Source: Verrucomicrobiota bacterium (GTDB taxonomy: Bacteria > Verrucomicrobiota > Verrucomicrobiia > Limisphaerales > Palsa-1400). From it: a stretch of 64,000 nt of DNA. The stretch is taken from positions 9,205-73,204 of the forward strand of contig JBEKDI010000006.1 in the NCBI GenBank assembly GCA_050014435.1, in the 5' to 3' direction. Both the position numbers and the translations under genes were made by a program. Within the stretch, counting starts at the first letter, position 1, and every line of letters starts with the position of its first letter. Below the pieces are notes generated by a model, which saw nothing but the letters and a program-made list of their open reading frames with translations, made no database searches and had not been told where the DNA came from. Below are positions 59,801-64,000 of the stretch, in pieces.

Positions 59801-60362
59801 GTTGGAGGCACTCGTCCAGTTTCCACTCGACCCTGGACAAAAGGATTTCACCCTGTCGAAGCTCAACGCCTCCGATCGGCTTAGTGAGCTTGAGTTCTAC
59901 TTCCCGATTCAGAACGTGTCGCCGGCTCGTTTGCAGGAATTACTTGGGAAACTGGGATGGTCATCGGCTGTGCCCGCGCAACTTGACCGACTGGCATTTG
60001 ACCCGATCCAGGGCTTCCTCAAGGGATTCATCGACCTCGTTTTTAGATTTGAGGATCGCTATTACCTCGTGGATTGGAAATCCAACTGGCTCGGCAATCG
60101 GATGGAGGATTACTCGCCCGAGGCCATCAAGGACGAAATGCGGCGGCAATATTATTTCGTCCAGTATCACCTCTACACTGTGGCCCTGCATAAATATCTG
60201 GCTTTGCGTGTTCCCGGCTACGACTACGAGCGACACTTCGGCGGGGTGATTTATCTTTTTCTGCGCGGGCTCGATCCTGCCCACCCGGAGCGCGGGGCGT
60301 ATCGAGATCGTCCATCGCGCAGCGCTGTCGAACAACTCTCAGCCTTGCTGGAGGGCAAATGA
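56814..60362 (+). CDS. recB: exodeoxyribonuclease V beta subunit (UvrD-type helicase + PD-(D/E)XK nuclease)
   Basis: IEASAGTGKTY Walker A, IDEFQDTD, VTVHKSKGLEYP. The C-terminal nuclease motif is GFIDLVFRFEDRYYLVDWKSN. Confidence 0.95.
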   Translation: MNAPSPFILTETPLTRGVSLIEASAGTGKTYAITALFVRLIVEENLSVREILAVTYTEAATEELRHRVRQALVNALQAFTSDESGVPFLKALVARFREQSAEMVARLQNALCDFDEAPIYTIHGFCQRTLRDRAFESGLLFDTELVTDPSEFLQEIADDFWRKRFYEAGPTLVNFALKNKFGPEHFLNLLRTCNNYPHIEFLSQAKGHTFDSLSAELESRFLSARKAWLSDADKIKACFGSTIKWGNKPYNDDEAMAYLFDQLDTCFSESDTAFEALSALTDFCVSQLQEKRNKRSKSPPPIPSHPFFDLCEAVCRAEQLWLAGIQLAFVEYAKTELPRRKTERKIQYFDDLLTRLDATLSGPGGESLASNMQARYRAALIDEFQDTDPVQYSIFRQAFSGGNTFLFLIGDPKQAIYGFRGADIFTYLEASGQATSRYTLGENWRSESGLVTAVNKLFSASPSSFVFDRIGFQEAVPKGNANDEPLTLENKKEPPFQLWFMRRNGSKEISKTSVTKILPQVVATEIVRLLNGNTKIGECRLKPEDIAVLVLTNRQAANVQEALSEFKIPSVLHTTASLFESHEAAELHRVLAGIALPGDERLVKSALATDIFGMDGCQLAECSEAQWHEWLLLFHEYLEVWNRHGFFRMFRLCLQRQQVRQRLLAFPDGERRLTNILHLGEVLHNAETERRLGVTGLQKWLAEQMGQSEEAPEDHQLRLERDDNAVRIVTVHKSKGLEYPVTFCLFSWKDSEIKRGSEELVYFHDAAQGNKLVRDLGPDIADEHRQQAKQERLAENVRLLYVALTRASHRCYFTWGDVKGAATSAPSWLLHRPPTTTGPLLETLEAHFKSLSDESMLKDLIPLGEKSNGALAVSDLPEPAKAVYKPENDGSAILECRQFKGLIRRDWVISSFTYFKAGLHEELPDRDAVAAPAKEEAPGKGMFAFPRGMKAGTCLHEILEKLAFNATGEDMLKLVNQRLPAHGLAGPGHCEAVQQMLEALVQFPLDPGQKDFTLSKLNASDRLSELEFYFPIQNVSPARLQELLGKLGWSSAVPAQLDRLAFDPIQGFLKGFIDLVFRFEDRYYLVDWKSNWLGNRMEDYSPEAIKDEMRRQYYFVQYHLYTVALHKYLALRVPGYDYERHFGGVIYLFLRGLDPAHPERGAYRDRPSRSAVEQLSALLEGK

Positions 60363-62224
60363 ACATCAATAAATTTCAACACTCACCACCAGCCGAAACC
60401 CTTACCCCCATCGACCGGCACTTTTCCGGCTTGATGGCTAGATTATCAGGCAATGTGCCCGAGGTGAAGCTGGCCGCTGCTCTGGTGAGCCACTATCGCC
60501 GGCTGGGAAACATCTGCGTGGACTTGGACGAATACAAAATCAAGCCACCGCCAGTGGAGATTGCCGTTGAACTGGGATTTGATGTCTGGCCTGACAAATC
60601 AATTTTGCTCAAGGGACTCAAAGGCTCTCCGGTCGTGGGCCGCCCCGGCGATTTTAAGCCGATGATTCTGGATGACCAAGGCCGACTTTATCTCCACCGC
60701 TACTGGAAGTATGAATCAGAACTTGCGGAATCCATTGGCCGACTGGCGAATGGAAACGCCCCAGCCGTGGGGCAGCAGGAACTCAAGAAAGACCTGATCA
60801 GGTTGTTTCCAAAAACAAATGGGGAGGAAATTGATTGGCAGTTGGTCGCCGCTTTTGCCGCCATGCGCCGGAGGCTGTGCATCATCTCCGGCGGGCCAGG
60901 CACGGGTAAAACCCGCACGGTGGTGGTTCTGTTGGCACTATTGCTCGAACATCACCCGACAATGAGGATTGCCATGGCCGCGCCGACTGGAAAAGCCGCC
61001 GCTCGCCTTCAGGAAGCGGTGAAAAACGCCAAGGCCACGCTGCCCTGCGAGCAGGCAACCAAAGACCGGCTACCAGCGGAGGCCAGCACGATTCACCGGC
61101 TGTTGGGTTCCATCCCGGATTCCGCCTATTTCCGTCACAATGGAGATAACCCGCTACCGTTCGATGCGGTCATCGTTGACGAAGCCAGCATGGTGGACTT
61201 GGCTTTGATGGCCAAATTGGTGGCGGCCATTCCGCTGTCGGGGCGACTCATTTTGTTGGGAGACAAAGACCAACTGGCTTCCGTCGAAGCCGGAGCGGTT
61301 CTCGCCGACCTTTGCAACGGCGGAGAACAGCGCCGGTTTTCTGAGCAGTTCAACAAAGAATTCAAAGCGCTCACCGGCCAGACACTGCCGTCCGAACTAT
61401 GCGCTGGCAACGCTTCAGAGCTGGCCGATTGTATTATTGAGCTGCGCAAGAATTATCGCTTCGGCGACCAAAGTGGCATTTATCGGCTGAGCCAAGCTGT
61501 TAATGAGGGGAATTCTGAAAATGCCTTCGCGGCGCTCCGGGACTCCGGCGGGGAGGCTAACGGCCAAATTTCTTGGAAAACGCTGCCGTTGCCGTCGGCA
61601 CTCAAGGGGGCTTTGAAACCGCATGTGCTTTCACGTTACAAGGATTACCTTCAGGCTGCGAACCCGGCTGAAGCTCTCAATGCCTTTGGACGGTTCCGCA
61701 TTCTCTGCGCCCTGCGGAATGGTCCCTATGGCGTGGAAAACTTAAACCGGTTGGTCGAAGAAATCCTGTCAGAGGCCGGACTGATCCATGCCGATGGGCA
61801 CTTTTATGCGGGCCGCCCGGTGATGGTCGTTCGCAATGATTACAACCTCAAACTTTTCAACGGCGATATCGGGTTCGTTCGGACTAACGAAACGAAGGAA
61901 CTTCGCGCGTGTTTTGCGGGACCAGAGCAAACCCTCCGCGAAGTCATGCCGCTGCGCCTGCCTGAACACGAAACGGCTTACGCCATGACCGTTCACAAAA
62001 GCCAGGGGTCGGAATTTGATAGGGTGTTGTTGATCCTGCCAAGGGAGGACAGTGCCGTGCTGACACGTGAACTGGTTTACACCGGGCTGACCCGGGCCAG
62101 CACCGGGGTCGAACTTTGGTCCGACCCGGAAATCTTCAAGACCGCTGTTCGCCGCAAAATCAGTCGCCGATCCGGTTTGCGGGAGGCGTTGTGGGCAGAC
62201 CAAGTAAAAAGAACTACAAAATAA
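60359..62224 (+). CDS. recD: exodeoxyribonuclease V alpha subunit
   Basis: ISGGPGTGKTRTV Walker A, VIVDEASMVD, YAMTVHKSQGSEFD, TGLTRA. Confidence 0.95.
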   Translation: MNINKFQHSPPAETLTPIDRHFSGLMARLSGNVPEVKLAAALVSHYRRLGNICVDLDEYKIKPPPVEIAVELGFDVWPDKSILLKGLKGSPVVGRPGDFKPMILDDQGRLYLHRYWKYESELAESIGRLANGNAPAVGQQELKKDLIRLFPKTNGEEIDWQLVAAFAAMRRRLCIISGGPGTGKTRTVVVLLALLLEHHPTMRIAMAAPTGKAAARLQEAVKNAKATLPCEQATKDRLPAEASTIHRLLGSIPDSAYFRHNGDNPLPFDAVIVDEASMVDLALMAKLVAAIPLSGRLILLGDKDQLASVEAGAVLADLCNGGEQRRFSEQFNKEFKALTGQTLPSELCAGNASELADCIIELRKNYRFGDQSGIYRLSQAVNEGNSENAFAALRDSGGEANGQISWKTLPLPSALKGALKPHVLSRYKDYLQAANPAEALNAFGRFRILCALRNGPYGVENLNRLVEEILSEAGLIHADGHFYAGRPVMVVRNDYNLKLFNGDIGFVRTNETKELRACFAGPEQTLREVMPLRLPEHETAYAMTVHKSQGSEFDRVLLILPREDSAVLTRELVYTGLTRASTGVELWSDPEIFKTAVRRKISRRSGLREALWADQVKRTTK

Positions 62225-62257
62225 AAAACGACCGCGCCGGGAATATTTTATTTTCAA

Positions 62258-62287
62258 AACCATTCGAGGTTCTCGAATGGTTATTTT
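62258..62287. terminator. bidirectional rho-independent terminator between convergent recD and the HIRAN gene
   Basis: AACCATTCGAG-GTT-CTCGAATGGTT is a perfect 11-bp stem. It is followed by ATTTTG on the + strand and by a T-rich run (TTTGAAAATAAAATA) on the - strand. Confidence 0.7.
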
Positions 62288-62700
62288 GAATGCAGAATAA
62301 AACAGACGATGCCAATGATGATCGCCATACAAATGCAAACCGGCAGGCAACCGCCCGACGGCTTCGCGGCGGATGGTGATTTTAAGGACGATATTCGTGG
62401 GGAGTGAAGCCAACGCTCGTCAAAAAGGACATGCGCGTCAAAACGAGCAGGCTTATGGGATACTGAAATCACAAATGCTTTAACGACTGCCCCACCATCA
62501 ATGATGGGAGCCAAGAGCATGGCGTCATCTCGACTCAGGTGTCCCAAACTGGTGCCGGACAGGGTCTGAACCCTGACAGCGTTTCGATCGTGAGGATTCG
62601 ATGGTTCGCGAACCAAAACCAAATCCATTCCCGGATGAACAGCGCCTACACCGGCATGGTAATGGCAACCCACTACTTTAACTGGTTGGGTGATGTCCAT
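62281..62700 (-). CDS. HIRAN-domain protein with C-terminal transmembrane anchor
   Basis: VVGCHYH......G..L.LVREPSNPHDRNAVRV is the HIRAN signature. The C-terminal CLPVCICMAIIIGIVCFIL is a TM helix. Confidence 0.7.
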   Translation of the reverse strand: MDITQPVKVVGCHYHAGVGAVHPGMDLVLVREPSNPHDRNAVRVQTLSGTSLGHLSRDDAMLLAPIIDGGAVVKAFVISVSHKPARFDAHVLFDERWLHSPRISSLKSPSAAKPSGGCLPVCICMAIIIGIVCFILHSK

Positions 62701-62703
62701 GAC

Positions 62704-63246
62704 TCAACGCGGCAGGATTATGCCTTGGAGCAAGAACTCCAACTTGAGAGCATTCTTTGTCTTGTTTCTGTGGTCGAGCTGGCTTAGTCGCAGGGCAATG
62801 TTAAGATTGTTTTCCCTGCGAATATAAAGGGTAGTAACTAAATCAGTGGCAATACCGTAGGCAGCCAAGCAAACTTCGCAGGCAATCTCGCCCTTGCAAA
62901 TTTTGTTTGGCGGAGTAACTATCACCAAACTGAGCTTCTCTAACGATGAATCACAATCGCAAACTGGAAACGGACTCTCGCTTATCATGTCTTCTGCGAA
63001 ATCGAATTCCACCTGGAGATTCGTGTCTTCTGTCGAGGCATGGGGTCCAGCTTGTCCAGTATAGGCGTCGCCATCTACCCAAAGACGAACTAGAATATCC
63101 CTCGAAAATGTATCTCCTGGCCGGAAACCGAGCGCTCGAATCTTGTGGGCTCCCGATTGACTGACCTGAAAGACCTTCACCTCACCGGCAATGCAGGTTT
63201 TGATATAATACCCGTTCTGATTTACATATTGGTAAAGAACAGGCAT
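62704..63246 (-). CDS. hypothetical 180-aa protein (Cys cluster CDCDSS...CKGEIACEVC)
   Basis: AT-richer ORF 3 nt upstream of the HIRAN gene and 108 nt downstream of the brxL-like gene. No family recognised. Confidence 0.55.
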   Translation of the reverse strand: MPVLYQYVNQNGYYIKTCIAGEVKVFQVSQSGAHKIRALGFRPGDTFSRDILVRLWVDGDAYTGQAGPHASTEDTNLQVEFDFAEDMISESPFPVCDCDSSLEKLSLVIVTPPNKICKGEIACEVCLAAYGIATDLVTTLYIRRENNLNIALRLSQLDHRNKTKNALKLEFLLQGIILPR

Positions 63247-63354
63247 AAACCGTCCCCCTCAGCAGACTGGCAGACTGCGACTAAACAACATATCTGGAGT
63301 CCGGCTATTATTTGTTTGAACCTCATGATTTGACGTGATTCGACAACAGACCTT

Positions 63355-64000
63355 TTACTCGACAAGCGCCTTAAGAAGTGCGTCGCGAACATCAGAGTAG
63401 TAATGGATGGTGACCCGGGTGGCGACTTCATCTGGTAACTCGACCAGTTGTTTGCGAGCTGAGATGGGCATGAGCACAGCCTTGGCTCCTTTGTCGGCAG
63501 CTAGTTCAACAACGGTGACAGCGTTGTGAACGGGTTCAATGGAGCCACCCAAATTGAGGCCACCCACAACCGCAAGCCCACCGGCCAGATTCTTTTGTAG
63601 AAGGGCAGAACAGAGGGCGAGAATCGTGCCCACCCCGGTTGCAACGCCACTCTTGGCGGCATCAAATGCACGCAATTGAACGGAGAATTCATGTGCACGG
63701 GGATCACGGTCGCCAACCAATTCTTTGCATCGTGCATATAGATTCTGTTCCGCGCAGCGGACGCTTTCCTTGAACGCTGGGGGGGCGGGTTGGTTCAGAA
63801 TCTTCAAGCCAGATCCAGGCATTTCAGTAACATCAATGCGGAAAAGGCCGGGATGTTCATCTTGTCCACCGGGAGAAAGTGTCCAAACCTGGCCGGGAGG
63901 CAGCGGATCGTCGCCAATGCTGTCTTCGCTTTGAAGTTCCGGCGTGGCGACAAACTTTTCGACACCTTCCGGCAGGAGCTGATAGCTAAAGTGCGTATTG
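63355..64000 (-). CDS. brxL: BrxL-like Lon-related protease (BREX), C-terminal part; N-terminus beyond the right window edge
   Basis: The frame is open from 63999 down to the TAA at 63355-63357. The protein reads ...PPGQVWTLSPGGQDEHPGLFRIDVTEMPGSGLKILNQPAPPAFKESVRCAEQNLYARCKELVGDRDPRAHEFSVQLRAFDAAKSG...GGLNLGGSIEPVHN...ADKGAKAVLMP. It matches my memory of the BrxL C-terminal region. The track shows only the part from an internal Met. Confidence 0.7.
   Translation of the reverse strand, partial: NTHFSYQLLPEGVEKFVATPELQSEDSIGDDPLPPGQVWTLSPGGQDEHPGLFRIDVTEMPGSGLKILNQPAPPAFKESVRCAEQNLYARCKELVGDRDPRAHEFSVQLRAFDAAKSGVATGVGTILALCSALLQKNLAGGLAVVGGLNLGGSIEPVHNAVTVVELAADKGAKAVLMPISARKQLVELPDEVATRVTIHYYSDVRDALLKALVE

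Noticed and set aside
53518-62224. recBCD as a degenerate or non-functional island copy
   Set aside because: All helicase and nuclease motifs I can check are present: RecB Walker A, DEFQD-type motif and the GFIDLV...DWKS nuclease, plus the RecD Walker A/B. The subunit lengths are canonical.
44155-62413. Long antisense ORFs in the island (44155..45102, 45662..46372, 53560..54336, 58350..59009, 59211..59840, 61769..62413)
   Set aside because: Each lies opposite a gene with clear motifs (ParA-like, T4CP, recC, recB, recD), and none shows a recognisable motif of its own.
33957-64000. Integrase/recombinase or T4SS pore genes belonging to the mobile region
   Set aside because: I looked for tyrosine-recombinase (R..H..R..Y), serine-recombinase and VirB4-like Walker motifs in all ORFs of 60 aa or more. 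None was found in this window.

Overview
This 64-kb window is high-GC DNA with AT-richer inserts. I did no homology search; every call rests on motifs read by eye from the translations and from the DNA. The GloVer-repeat protein, the Gfo/Idh/MocA + PmoA-family gene pair and the REP-like hairpins suggest Verrucomicrobiota, but that is inference.

The left ~34 kb is mostly core-like:
- gltB-gltD, a flavin reductase, and two orphan Opp/Dpp-type ABC ATPases.
- A polar amino-acid ABC operon, a rhomboid protease, and an outer-membrane channel operon.
- A TPR/PMT-like membrane protein and a Gfo/Idh/MocA + PmoA-family pair.
- Small accessory modules: XRE + membrane protein + class II Fic beside a truncated tRNA, HicB-HicA, an ORF6N protein, and an ECF sigma factor fused to a polytopic membrane domain.

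From ~33.96 kb to the right edge the window is an accessory, mobile and defence region:
- HipBA and an AT-rich Gabija-like OLD-nuclease/UvrD-helicase pair.
- RadC, a MOBF relaxase-helicase, a ParA-like ATPase and a TraG/VirD4-type coupling protein. No integrase or mating-pore genes are visible.
- A MITE-like element with a target-site duplication.
- A WYL regulator, then the candidate operon described below.
- A HIRAN-TM protein, an unknown 180-aa protein, and the 3' end of a BrxL-like (BREX) gene on the opposite strand.

The best candidate for something undescribed is a tightly packed seven-gene operon at 49157-62224, read divergently from the WYL regulator. It runs: small His/Cys-rich protein, TPR protein, Hsp70 with a TPR tail in place of the lid, a GrpE-like protein, then canonical recC-recB-recD.

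Other oddities:
- An in-frame TAG in the ABC permease.
- A frameshift or overlap at the rhomboid 3' end.
- A 17-bp tandem repeat.
- A GTCCG/CGGAC repeat field (candidate oriT or centromere).
- A left-edge gene that the supplied ORF track misses.
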